Source: an uncultured Candidatus Saccharibacteria bacterium (GTDB lineage Bacteria; Patescibacteriota; Minisyncoccia; Phycocordibacterales; UBA918). Taken from it: a DNA stretch of 64,000 nt. The stretch lies in contig CAYGKO010000002.1 in assembly GCA_964350735.1 (NCBI GenBank), forward strand, positions 26,134-90,133. Reading direction: 5' to 3'. This document shows, one piece after another, positions 33,230 through 41,257 of this stretch. Every line of letters begins with the position of its first letter. The stretch's first letter is position 1. The notes beneath the pieces are model-generated. The model was given only the letters and a program-made list of their open reading frames with translations. It did no database searches and was not told the DNA's origin. A program made the translations under genes and the position numbers.

Positions 33230-33547
33230 ATGTTAGGAAAATTGAAAAATATGGCCATGAAGAAGTTGTTGAAATCACAACTCAAAAATGTCCCTGAAGA
33301 TCAACAGCAAATGATTATGGAGCTGGTCGAGAAAGACCCGAAACTCTTTGAACAGATTGCAAAAGAGATGCAAGCCGAAATGAAAGCTAATGGCAACAAC
33401 CAGATGGCAGCGGCCATGAAAGTACTACCCAAGTACCAGCAACAACTCGCAGCAGCCATGAGTCCTGAGATGCGCCAGAAGATGATGCAGATGACCGGAG
33501 CACCGACAGCTGGGAAGTTTAACCCTAATGGTTCGATTAGAAAATAA
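33230..33547 (+). CDS. Met/Gln/Lys-rich small protein (105 aa), divergent from the RND operon
   Basis: Low-complexity helical protein with about 15% Met (MQAEMKANG..QMAAAMK..MRQKMMQM). Confidence 0.4.
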   Translation: MLGKLKNMAMKKLLKSQLKNVPEDQQQMIMELVEKDPKLFEQIAKEMQAEMKANGNNQMAAAMKVLPKYQQQLAAAMSPEMRQKMMQMTGAPTAGKFNPNGSIRK

Positions 33548-33571
33548 TTGCTAGAATACGGTTACCCACAG

Positions 33572-33600
33572 AAAGGGCGCGCCTTCGGCGCGCCCTTTCT
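33572..33600 (+). terminator. GC-rich hairpin (aaagggcgcgcc-ttcg-gcgcgcccttt)
   Basis: Perfect 12-bp stem with a TTCG tetraloop. The downstream U-tract is weak. Confidence 0.55.
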
Positions 33601-33616
33601 ATATACTAATACCACT

Positions 33617-34198
33617 ATGAAAACTAAAAAAATCCTCGTTCTCCTTGGGAACTCTGACAATGAAACCTTCTCTGGTTCAGTCGCTGATGCGTACCAAGTC
33701 GGAGCGGAAGAAGCCGGTCACGAAGTGCAGCGCGTAAATATTGGAGACATGAACTTCGATCCGATCTTGCACAAAGGCTACAAAGAAATCCAGGCTCTAG
33801 AACCCGACCTACTTGATCTACAAGACAAGTTCCGCTGGGCTGATCACGTAGTGATTGTATACCCAAACTGGTGGTGCACCATGCCAGCCATCCTTAAAGG
33901 TCTCTTTGATCGTTTTTGGATCCCGGGCTTTGCCTTCAATTTTAATAAAGAAACCAAGCAACTTGATAAGCACTTAGTTGGTAAGACTGGCCGCGTGATT
34001 ATCGTGATGGGAACTCACTCACCATTTAAAACGTGGTGGCAGTTTGGTGATTATACCAACGAAATTCAATACGGAATCCTCGAGTTTGCGGGGATCAAGA
34101 CAAAAGTAAGTGCCTACGGCCCGTGTGAGAAGGTGGGGCAGCCTTGTCGCGAAGGCTGGCTGAAGGATGTGGCCAAGTTGGGTAGAAAAGCTTGCTAG
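33617..34198 (+). CDS. flavodoxin-like NAD(P)H:quinone oxidoreductase family protein (Flavodoxin_2/KefF/MdaB-like)
   Basis: KILVLLGNS... N-terminus, VIVYPNWWCTMPAILKGLFDR and WIPGFAF motifs. I chose the start at MKTKKIL (33617) over the track start at 33548. Confidence 0.7.
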   Translation: MKTKKILVLLGNSDNETFSGSVADAYQVGAEEAGHEVQRVNIGDMNFDPILHKGYKEIQALEPDLLDLQDKFRWADHVVIVYPNWWCTMPAILKGLFDRFWIPGFAFNFNKETKQLDKHLVGKTGRVIIVMGTHSPFKTWWQFGDYTNEIQYGILEFAGIKTKVSAYGPCEKVGQPCREGWLKDVAKLGRKAC

Positions 34199-34225
34199 TT
34201 ATACCAAATTACCTATAATAGCTCT

Positions 34226-34365
34226 CACGAAGTCGACACTGCGTTATTCGTCCAGGGACGCTGCAGCAAGCCGACTTCGAGTAATGGGATTTGGGCGACC
34301 TCTACTTGTTAGTACTTTACCCTGGTTAGTGCAAAACAAGCAGGTCGTCCAAGTTCATTTTTATA
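34226..34365 (+). promoter_or_regulatory. structured leader or candidate sRNA upstream of ychF, ending in an intrinsic terminator
   Basis: TTGCTA-N16-TATAAT at 34191-34219. Nested stems CGAAGTCG...CGACTTCG around a CGUC-CAGG-GACG tetraloop hairpin. Terminator-like GACCTCTACTTGTT...AACAAGCAGGTCG followed by TTCATTTTTAT (34305-34365). Confidence 0.3.
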
Positions 34366-34424
34366 TTTGTGTCTACCCCAAGGGTATTCCTATTTTACTA
34401 ATTCACTTCGTTCATAACTAAAAT

Positions 34425-35525
34425 ATGTCACTTTCTGTAGGAATCGTAGGGTTACCGAACGTCGGGAAATCGACGCTTTTTACGGCACTTACCCGAAATG
34501 AAGTACTGATTGCTAATTATCCTTTTGCCACGATCGACCCGACAGTTGGCGTTGTTCCAGTCCCGGATAACCGCCTGCAGACCCTTTCAAGTATCTCTGG
34601 CAGCGATGAAATAATTCCAGCCGTGATTGAATTCGTTGATATTGCTGGACTTGTGAAGGGAGCTTCAGCTGGTGAAGGTTTGGGTAATAAATTCCTCGCT
34701 AATATCCGTGAGTGCGATATGATCGCCGAAGTGGTACGAATCTTTGAGGATGAAGACGTGCATCATGTTTCTGGAGTGATCGATCCAATGAGTGATATTG
34801 AGGTGATCAACCTCGAACTTATTATGGCTGACGCTGAGACAGTTGCTAAGCGCTTCGGTAACCTTGAGCGCGACGCTAAGCGCGGTGATAAAGCTGCTGT
34901 TGCAGAACATGACTTGCTGGGACGGCTATTGCCGCACCTTGAAGCGGGAAAGCTGGCTAATCAGTTTGAATATACGGAGGCGGAAGAGCTGCTTATTAAG
35001 GGCATGCACTTACTCACCAACAAAGCCTTTTTGTACATTTGCAACCGAAAAAATGGATCTTTCAATCTGGATGAGAATAACGACGAGCGTTGGACAGAGC
35101 TGTTAGAGTTTTTTGAAAAGACCAATAGCGAGTACGTAGTAGTTGATGCTGGTGTTGAACATGAGCTACGTGATCTAGCTGAAGACGAAAAAATGGATTT
35201 CAGGCGTGAATATGGCACGCAAGACAGTGGTGTCGACGCTTTGATCCGTGCTGCCTACCGCAAGCTTGGCCTCATGAGTTACTTTACTACTGGTGAGAAG
35301 GAAACCCGAGCCTGGACCGTAAAGGTGGGCGCTACTGGACCTGAGGCAGCTGGAGTGATCCATACTGACTTTCAGCAGAAGTACATACGGGCCCAAGTGA
35401 TGAAATTTGAGGATCTGGTAGCGGCTGGTTCAAAAGCAGCAGCTAAAGAGTCAGGCAAACTTAGAACTGAAGGAAAAGAATATATTGTACAAGAAGGGGA
35501 TGTGATTGAGTTTATGCATTCGTAA
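34425..35525 (+). CDS. ychF: redox-regulated ribosome-binding ATPase YchF (Obg-family GTPase)
   Basis: [14 protein letters not shown] Walker [12 protein letters not shown]3, NxxE-type G4 and a C-terminal TGS domain. Confidence 0.9.
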   Translation: MSLSVGIVGLPNVGKSTLFTALTRNEVLIANYPFATIDPTVGVVPVPDNRLQTLSSISGSDEIIPAVIEFVDIAGLVKGASAGEGLGNKFLANIRECDMIAEVVRIFEDEDVHHVSGVIDPMSDIEVINLELIMADAETVAKRFGNLERDAKRGDKAAVAEHDLLGRLLPHLEAGKLANQFEYTEAEELLIKGMHLLTNKAFLYICNRKNGSFNLDENNDERWTELLEFFEKTNSEYVVVDAGVEHELRDLAEDEKMDFRREYGTQDSGVDALIRAAYRKLGLMSYFTTGEKETRAWTVKVGATGPEAAGVIHTDFQQKYIRAQVMKFEDLVAAGSKAAAKESGKLRTEGKEYIVQEGDVIEFMHS

Positions 35526-35533
35526 GCTGGAAT

Positions 35534-35575
35534 AAAGAAATAACCGATGAGCACTGCTCATCGGTTATTTCTTTA
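35534..35575. terminator. bidirectional terminator (gaaataaccgatgagc-act-gctcatcggttatttc)
   Basis: Perfect 16-bp stem flanked by A-runs and T-runs, between convergent ychF and the minus-strand ORF. Confidence 0.75.
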
Positions 35576-35851
35576 ACTGCCTTCTGTCGGAGGATTGGCG
35601 CGCTGGACCGGACTTACCACATTTGGATTCCATTCAGCGGTAATTTCACCGTTTTGGTCTTCAAAGTTTTTGATTTCATGTCCAAGATATTGTTGCAGTC
35701 GCTTCGCGTGCCCAGGAGTAAGTGAGTATACCTGAGCGTTGTTGCCTGAGCTGATGCCCATCACAAAGAATTCAGGTGAGAAACCAATTTTAATGTTTTC
35801 TGCTAGTAATTTAGGGGCTTTTTGTAAATCTTCTGGTTTCATATACAGCAT
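35573..35851 (-). CDS. hypothetical small protein (92 aa; possibly DUF3467-like)
   Basis: Soluble. The NIKIGFSPEFFVMGI...LTPGHAKRL pattern resembles DUF3467. Uncertain. Confidence 0.35.
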   Translation of the reverse strand: MLYMKPEDLQKAPKLLAENIKIGFSPEFFVMGISSGNNAQVYSLTPGHAKRLQQYLGHEIKNFEDQNGEITAEWNPNVVSPVQRANPPTEGS

Positions 35852-35868
35852 AGTATACTAGAAACATC

Positions 35869-36255
35869 ATGGCAGATCCACGTGCAGGTAAACCTTCATA
35901 TCGCTCACAGAAAATGAGAGCGGCGTACACCAAGTATATTGAAGCTGGGAAGTTGGCTGTTGGCTGCGCCCTTTGTGATAAAGAGGCAGACGGTGAGCTG
36001 CTAGAAAATTTCAATCTTTGGCAATTGGTAGACAATCGCTTTCCTTACGACACTATTACAGACACTCATCATATGCTGATGCCCAAGGCGCACATCACAG
36101 AAGAAGAACTTACGCCTGAACATCTGTCAGAACTCCGAGAACTGAAACAAACAATACTGAATGACCGTTATACTTTTATTTTTGAGACGCTACCTAATGC
36201 TAAATCAATACCCCCGCACCACCACCTACATTTGATTGTTGTCAAAAATCTCTAG
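35869..36255 (+). CDS. HIT-superfamily protein (histidine triad)
   Basis: C-terminal HHHLHLIV fits H-x-H-x-H-x-x. N-terminal CxxC (GCALCD), as in Hint-type zinc sites. Confidence 0.5.
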   Translation: MADPRAGKPSYRSQKMRAAYTKYIEAGKLAVGCALCDKEADGELLENFNLWQLVDNRFPYDTITDTHHMLMPKAHITEEELTPEHLSELRELKQTILNDRYTFIFETLPNAKSIPPHHHLHLIVVKNL

Positions 36256-36295
36256 TTGTTACTTTATTGGTGTGAACGGCGTATAATTAAAATAT

Positions 36296-37180
36296 ATGAA
36301 CACACCTAGAAACTTCGCCTTACAACTTGGCGCGCTTATTACGCTTTACGTATCACTAACATCGTTAATGGTATTACTGTTTTCAGTTATAAATCTGATG
36401 TTCCTCGATAGTGCTGATAGTTACTGGCAGATCGAAAGTGCGACTGGATCAATCCGATTTTCGATCGCGATGCTGATTGTGTTCTTCCCTGTGTACTTGT
36501 GGCTGACACGGCTTGTAAATCAGGTACGACGCAAAGAAGAGGGGATGTATCTCACGCTTACCAAGTGGCTGATTTACTTATCGCTGCTGGCTGGCGGGGC
36601 TGTGTTGTTGGGGGATTTAGTGGCTGTGATTAACGGCTTTCTAAGCGGGGAGCTCACGATTCGATTTGCTCTTAAGGCGGCTGTACTCGCGCTCGGTATT
36701 GGTGCGGCGTTTTATTACTATCTCAAAGATGCTCAGGGGTACTGGCAAGCTCATGAACGGCAGTCTATTTACTTTGGTGTTGCCGCCTCAATCGTAGTCC
36801 TGACAGCCTTGGTCTTAGGCTTTATGAATTCCGAAACTCCAGCTGAAGTACGCGAAATGAAGATCGACAGCAATCAGGTTGGGGATTTACAAGATATCCA
36901 GTGGCGGATCGAAGATCATTTCCGGGTAAATGAATCTTTACCTGAATCAACCGCTGAGCTGTTTGCCAATGCCTCAGCTCCAACTGCTCCCGAAGGCCGA
37001 GCTGCGTATGTCTATGAAATAGAAAGCGGGACGGAGTATCAGCTGTGTGCAGAATTTTCTCAGAATGCTACCAGAGATGAATTCACTCGCATGTATCCCT
37101 CAGAAAAGAACTACAACTGGAACTACCGTGAGGGGTACCACTGCTTTGAACGAGAGGTCGATAATCAGTATCGACAATAG
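36296..37180 (+). CDS. hypothetical 4-TM membrane protein (DUF5671-like, common in CPR genomes)
   Basis: Four hydrophobic helices followed by a C-terminal soluble tail. The family assignment is from memory only. Confidence 0.4.
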   Translation: MNTPRNFALQLGALITLYVSLTSLMVLLFSVINLMFLDSADSYWQIESATGSIRFSIAMLIVFFPVYLWLTRLVNQVRRKEEGMYLTLTKWLIYLSLLAGGAVLLGDLVAVINGFLSGELTIRFALKAAVLALGIGAAFYYYLKDAQGYWQAHERQSIYFGVAASIVVLTALVLGFMNSETPAEVREMKIDSNQVGDLQDIQWRIEDHFRVNESLPESTAELFANASAPTAPEGRAAYVYEIESGTEYQLCAEFSQNATRDEFTRMYPSEKNYNWNYREGYHCFEREVDNQYRQ

Positions 37181-37287
37181 TTAAATCCAGCGTCTCAATC
37201 CATACTTGTATTTACTAATTCTTTACATATCTTCAAATCAAGGCATAATGAAACCTCTGTTATTTACTAAGTACGTGAGGGATTGAT

Positions 37288-40056
37288 ATGCATAAAAAGT
37301 TTGATAATCAGGCGATTGAAAAGAAGTGGCAAGAGAAATGGGCGGCTAATGGTCTGTACGACGTAACTGAACGTGATACTTCTAAGGAGAAAGAGTACGT
37401 ACTGGTAGAACTGCCATACCCTTCGGGAAACCTGCATATTGGCCACTGGTACGCCTTTGGTGTGCCTGACATCTACGTGCGTTTCCAGCGTATGATGGGG
37501 AAGCAAGTGATCTACCCAATGGGCTTTGATGCCTTTGGTCTGCCAGCCGAAAACGCTGCCATAAAACGCGACATCAATCCTAAAGAGTGGACTGAAGGAA
37601 ACATTGAGTACATGAAAGAGCAGCTGGGCAATATGGGTAATTCCTATACCTGGAATATGACCGCTTCCACTACAGATCCCGACTATTACAAATGGACGCA
37701 GTGGATGTTCACGCAGTTTTTTGAGAAAGGGATTGCGTATCGTGGTAAAGGGAAAGTGAATTGGTGTCCTGGCTGCAATACTGTGATCGCAAATGAGCAA
37801 GTGCTGCCAGACGACACCTGTGAGCGCTCGGGTGACAAGATCGAGAAGAAAGAAATGCCGCAATGGATGCTGAAGATCACTGATTACGCTGACCGACTGG
37901 TAGATGATCTCGATGGACTTGATTGGCCAGAGCATATCAAAGAAGCGCAACGACAATGGATTGGCCGCTCAGAAGGGGCTGAGATTGATTTTAAGCTGTC
38001 TACTGATGATGCGATGACTGTCTTCACCACTCGCCCTGATACACTTTTTGGTGCCACCTACATGGTGCTAGCGCCTGAACACTCGCTAGTAACTAAGAAT
38101 AAAGACCAGATCTCCAACTGGGACGAAGTAGTACGATATATCGAACTAACCAAGCAGAAAGATGAGCAGGATCGTCTTAACGACACCAAGGAAAAGACCG
38201 GAGTGAAATTAGAAGGAATTACTGCTACCAATCCAGCTTCTGGAGAAGAAATTCCAGTCTATATCGCTGATTACGTCTTAGCTGGTTATGGAACCGGCGC
38301 GATTATGGCAGTACCCGCTCATGATGAGCGTGATTCGGCATTTGCAAAGAAGTTTGGTATTGATATTAAACAAGTTATTGAACCAGTTTCGGATCATCCA
38401 GTAAAAGCAATTGGTGCTTTTCTCATTGATGGCAATGGTGAAATATTATTGCAGAAGCGTACGGCAGATGCGCCGACTGGAGCGGGATTACATGGGATTT
38501 TTGGTGGCAGCATTGAATCAGGTGAGACAATGAAACAAGCTCTGGTTCGTGAAATTCAAGAAGAGTTAGAGATTGAAGTTGAAGAAAATAACATTCGTAT
38601 TTTATACTTTAAAGAGTCGCGTGAGCAAGGGAAAAACCTAGCCGCAGCTATCGTATCTGGTGTTGACTTTAGCAAAGCAATATTGCATGAAGGTGAAGCA
38701 ATTGTACGAGTAAAATCATTAGCTGAAATTGATAACAAGGATCGTAATCACATCTGGGAGACAGCTAATGACGATGATATTCATTCGCTATATTCTGGAG
38801 TAGGTGCTCTTTACAATTCAGCTGAATTTAACGGCATGAGTTCAGAAGAGGCTAAGAAAGCCATCACAGAGAAAGTGGGTGGGCGAATGACAAATACGTA
38901 TCGTCTCCGTGACTGGTCTGTCGGACGACAACGATATTGGGGGGTACCGATTCCGATTGTATATGATCCCGAAGGAAAGGCGCACCCAGTACCTAAAGAG
39001 CATTTGCCCTGGATTCTGCCGGAAGATGTGGACTTCAAACCGACTGGAGAACCACCATTAGCTAAAAGTGCTGAGCTGAAAAAACGAACTGAAGATATTT
39101 TTGGAGTCGGCTGGACGCCTGAAGTAGAAACTCTCGACACCTTCGTGGATTCTTCGTGGTATTTCATGCGGTATATCGACAATCAAAACTCAGAATCGCT
39201 CGCTAGCCTTGAGGCGCAGAAAGATTGGATGCAGGTGGATACGTACTTTGGTGGGGCTGAACACACCACCATGCACTTGCTGTATTCTCGCTTTTGGCAA
39301 AAAGCACTCTATGATCTTGGGGTCGCAGTACATGATGAACCTTATAAGCGACGAATCAACCGTGGACTCATTCTCGGTCCGGACGGGAACAAAATGAGTA
39401 AAAGTAAAGGCAATGTGATTGACCCAGACGAACAAGTGAAGTTAGTGGGTGCAGATGCGGTGAAGTTGTATCTCGGCTTCATGGGACCGTATGAAGGAAC
39501 CAACTATCCGTGGGACATGGGAGGTATTGCTGGCATCAGACGCTTCTTAGAGCGCCTAAATGGGCTTACAGGACACATTGTGGAAGCTGAACCAGTGCCA
39601 GTTACTAAACAAGTTCATAAAACTATCATTAAGTTGCGTGAGGACATTCCGCAGCATAAATTTAATACTGCAATCAGTGCGGTGATGGTGTTGGTGAATC
39701 TTATTGAAAAGGAAGGAGTTTCAAAAGAGTCATACCGGACTATTCTGCAAATGATGGCCCCATTGGCCCCGCATTTAACAGAAGAATTATGGGCTGATTT
39801 GGGAGAGAGTAATTCAATTCACCTTGAAAGTTTCCCCGAAGCAGATACAGCGTTAGCAAAAGATGAGCTAGTCACTATTGGAGTGCAGATTAATGGAAAA
39901 GTACGAGGTGATATTACTATTGCTCCTGATGCCTCTGAAGAAGAGGCTTTGGCTGCTGTAGCGGATGATGAGCAGCTGCAAAAACGCCTGACTGAAGGGG
40001 AGATGCAGAAAGTGATTTATAAAGCTGGAAAAATACTTAATATCATTGTTAGTTAG
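37288..40056 (+). CDS. leuS: leucine--tRNA ligase with an embedded Nudix-like domain
   Basis: HIGH (NLHIGHWYAF), CP1 editing domain (TTRPDTLFGATYMVLAPEH ... GTGAIMAVPAHDERD), YRLRDWSVGRQRYWG, KMSKSKGN and a C-terminal anticodon-binding region. About 140 extra residues sit between the editing domain and the LYNSAEFNG segment. Confidence 0.9.
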   Translation: MHKKFDNQAIEKKWQEKWAANGLYDVTERDTSKEKEYVLVELPYPSGNLHIGHWYAFGVPDIYVRFQRMMGKQVIYPMGFDAFGLPAENAAIKRDINPKEWTEGNIEYMKEQLGNMGNSYTWNMTASTTDPDYYKWTQWMFTQFFEKGIAYRGKGKVNWCPGCNTVIANEQVLPDDTCERSGDKIEKKEMPQWMLKITDYADRLVDDLDGLDWPEHIKEAQRQWIGRSEGAEIDFKLSTDDAMTVFTTRPDTLFGATYMVLAPEHSLVTKNKDQISNWDEVVRYIELTKQKDEQDRLNDTKEKTGVKLEGITATNPASGEEIPVYIADYVLAGYGTGAIMAVPAHDERDSAFAKKFGIDIKQVIEPVSDHPVKAIGAFLIDGNGEILLQKRTADAPTGAGLHGIFGGSIESGETMKQALVREIQEELEIEVEENNIRILYFKESREQGKNLAAAIVSGVDFSKAILHEGEAIVRVKSLAEIDNKDRNHIWETANDDDIHSLYSGVGALYNSAEFNGMSSEEAKKAITEKVGGRMTNTYRLRDWSVGRQRYWGVPIPIVYDPEGKAHPVPKEHLPWILPEDVDFKPTGEPPLAKSAELKKRTEDIFGVGWTPEVETLDTFVDSSWYFMRYIDNQNSESLASLEAQKDWMQVDTYFGGAEHTTMHLLYSRFWQKALYDLGVAVHDEPYKRRINRGLILGPDGNKMSKSKGNVIDPDEQVKLVGADAVKLYLGFMGPYEGTNYPWDMGGIAGIRRFLERLNGLTGHIVEAEPVPVTKQVHKTIIKLREDIPQHKFNTAISAVMVLVNLIEKEGVSKESYRTILQMMAPLAPHLTEELWADLGESNSIHLESFPEADTALAKDELVTIGVQINGKVRGDITIAPDASEEEALAAVADDEQLQKRLTEGEMQKVIYKAGKILNIIVS
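38386..38808 (+). other. Nudix-hydrolase-like insertion within LeuRS (aa 367-507)
   Basis: IGAFLIDGNGEILLQKRTADAPTGAGLHGIFGGSIESGETMKQALVREIQEELEIEV fits the Nudix box Gx5Ex7REUxEExGU except the terminal G is replaced by E. The equivalent E. coli LeuRS linker is about 20 aa. Confidence 0.6.
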
Positions 40057-40069
40057 TTCTACAATATAC

Positions 40070-40098
40070 TTGACCCTTGTCAAATACCATGATATAAA
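40070..40098 (+). promoter_or_regulatory. candidate sigma70 promoter TTGACC-N17-TATAAA
   Basis: Seen about 60 nt upstream of the 40161 ORF. The -35 is embedded in a TTGACcctTGTCAA palindrome. Confidence 0.4.
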
Positions 40099-40160
40099 AC
40101 CCATACGCATAGGGATTTGGACCTTACACCCAAACTGAAACCATCAAAACTACAAAAAAT

Positions 40161-41186
40161 ATGATCACATTTAAACCAAAACAAGCCACCAAACGACTTT
40201 TGTCGGTATTACCCGACCGAGCCCGTGACGTGCTAGAGAAGCGCTATGGTCTCGGCAAAGACGCTGATACTGCAACCCTGGAAGCGATTGGACAGACATA
40301 CGGTATTACTCGAGAACGTGTGCGACAGATTGAAAATTATGGTATTCAGTCCATCCAAAAATCAGATGTTTATGGTGAATTCCAGGCTATCTTTGAAGAA
40401 CTGCACGCTATCATTGACGAGCTTGGTGGAGGTCTCATTGCTGAACATATTCTCCTGGAAGAGATTGCAGCTGATCCAATCCTACGTAATCATATTTATT
40501 TCCTCCTCGTACTAGGCGATCCTTTCTACCGATCAAAAGAAAACCCTTCGTACTCCCACCGATGGTTTACTGAGAAGAAGATTGCTGACATAGTCGAAAA
40601 AGGCTTGAAGAGTGTTCATGCTTCTTTAGATCGTGATGAGCTTGTTTCAGAAGAAGAAATCCTAACTCGTTTTAAAAATGAACTGATTGAGTTAGCAGAC
40701 AAACATGATGAAAAAGTTCTCAAACGATGGCTCTTGATTTCAAAAGATATTGCTCCAAACCCGCTTGGAGAGTGGGGACACGCATCAAGTCCGAATGTTC
40801 GAGTCAAAGGAATTCGTGACTACGCGTATCTTGTAGTAAAGCGCCATGGTTCACCCATGCACTTCCGTGAAGTGGCGGAAGCAATTGAGGAACTGTTCAC
40901 TAAGAAAGCCCACACTGCTACTACTCATAACGAATTGATCAAAGATGGCCGTTTTGTATTAGTTGGACGAGGTCTATACGCACTGACAGAGTGGGGTTAT
41001 TCAGCTGGGGTGGTAAAAGATGTGTTACGAGACATCTTAGATACACATGGTCCGCTATCACGGGAAGAAATCATTGATAAAGTTCGCAAAGAACGTTACG
41101 TGAAAGACAATACTATCGTTGTTAATCTCCAAGATATGAACTTGTTTAAGCGACTTAGTAACGGAACCTACGTGGTGGCTGAGTAG
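40161..41186 (+). CDS. DNA-binding protein with N-terminal sigma-70 region 4 and C-terminal HARE-HTH
   Basis: The N-terminus LPDRARDVLEKRYGL...TLEAIGQTYGITRERVRQIE aligns to RpoD region 4.2. The C-terminus PMHFREVAEAIEEL...KDGRFVLVGRGLYALTEWGY matches the HARE-HTH of the RNAP delta subunit. Confidence 0.6.
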   Translation: MITFKPKQATKRLLSVLPDRARDVLEKRYGLGKDADTATLEAIGQTYGITRERVRQIENYGIQSIQKSDVYGEFQAIFEELHAIIDELGGGLIAEHILLEEIAADPILRNHIYFLLVLGDPFYRSKENPSYSHRWFTEKKIADIVEKGLKSVHASLDRDELVSEEEILTRFKNELIELADKHDEKVLKRWLLISKDIAPNPLGEWGHASSPNVRVKGIRDYAYLVVKRHGSPMHFREVAEAIEELFTKKAHTATTHNELIKDGRFVLVGRGLYALTEWGYSAGVVKDVLRDILDTHGPLSREEIIDKVRKERYVKDNTIVVNLQDMNLFKRLSNGTYVVAE

Positions 41187-41201
41187 AGAGCTGTTGGAGA
41201 T

Positions 41202-41240
41202 AAAGAGGGCGGGAATTACTTCGTAATTCCCGCCCTCTTT
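41202..41240 (+). terminator. rho-independent terminator (aaagagggcgggaattac-ttcg-taattcccgccctcttt)
   Basis: Stem of about 17 bp, essentially perfect. Confidence 0.7.
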
Positions 41241-41257
41241 CGTGTACAATAGTAGAT

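Noticed and set aside
33548-33616. Upstream start codons for the flavodoxin-like gene (33548), mltG (42594), the Cas4-like nuclease (46126), the actin-like ATPase (52768), rpsD (56436), atpD (25086) and rplM (58539)
   Set aside because: In each case the extension overlaps a hairpin terminator or the upstream gene and adds non-homologous residues. I moved these seven starts to the first Met matching the family N-terminus; the other listed features keep the start given in the ORF track.
34167-34421. 84-aa plus-strand ORF in the ychF leader
   Set aside because: It spans the structured region and the internal terminator. It has no RBS or conservation cues, so it is more likely noncoding.
37181-37287. 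T-box leader upstream of leuS
   Set aside because: I see no specifier-loop or T-box consensus (AATTAGGGTGGNACCGCG-like). Only an ordinary promoter-like region.
37267-39435. Minus-strand ORFs antisense to leuS (37267..37956, 38811..39182, 39190..39435)
   Set aside because: They are embedded in a highly conserved aaRS coding region on the opposite strand. No motifs or start context.
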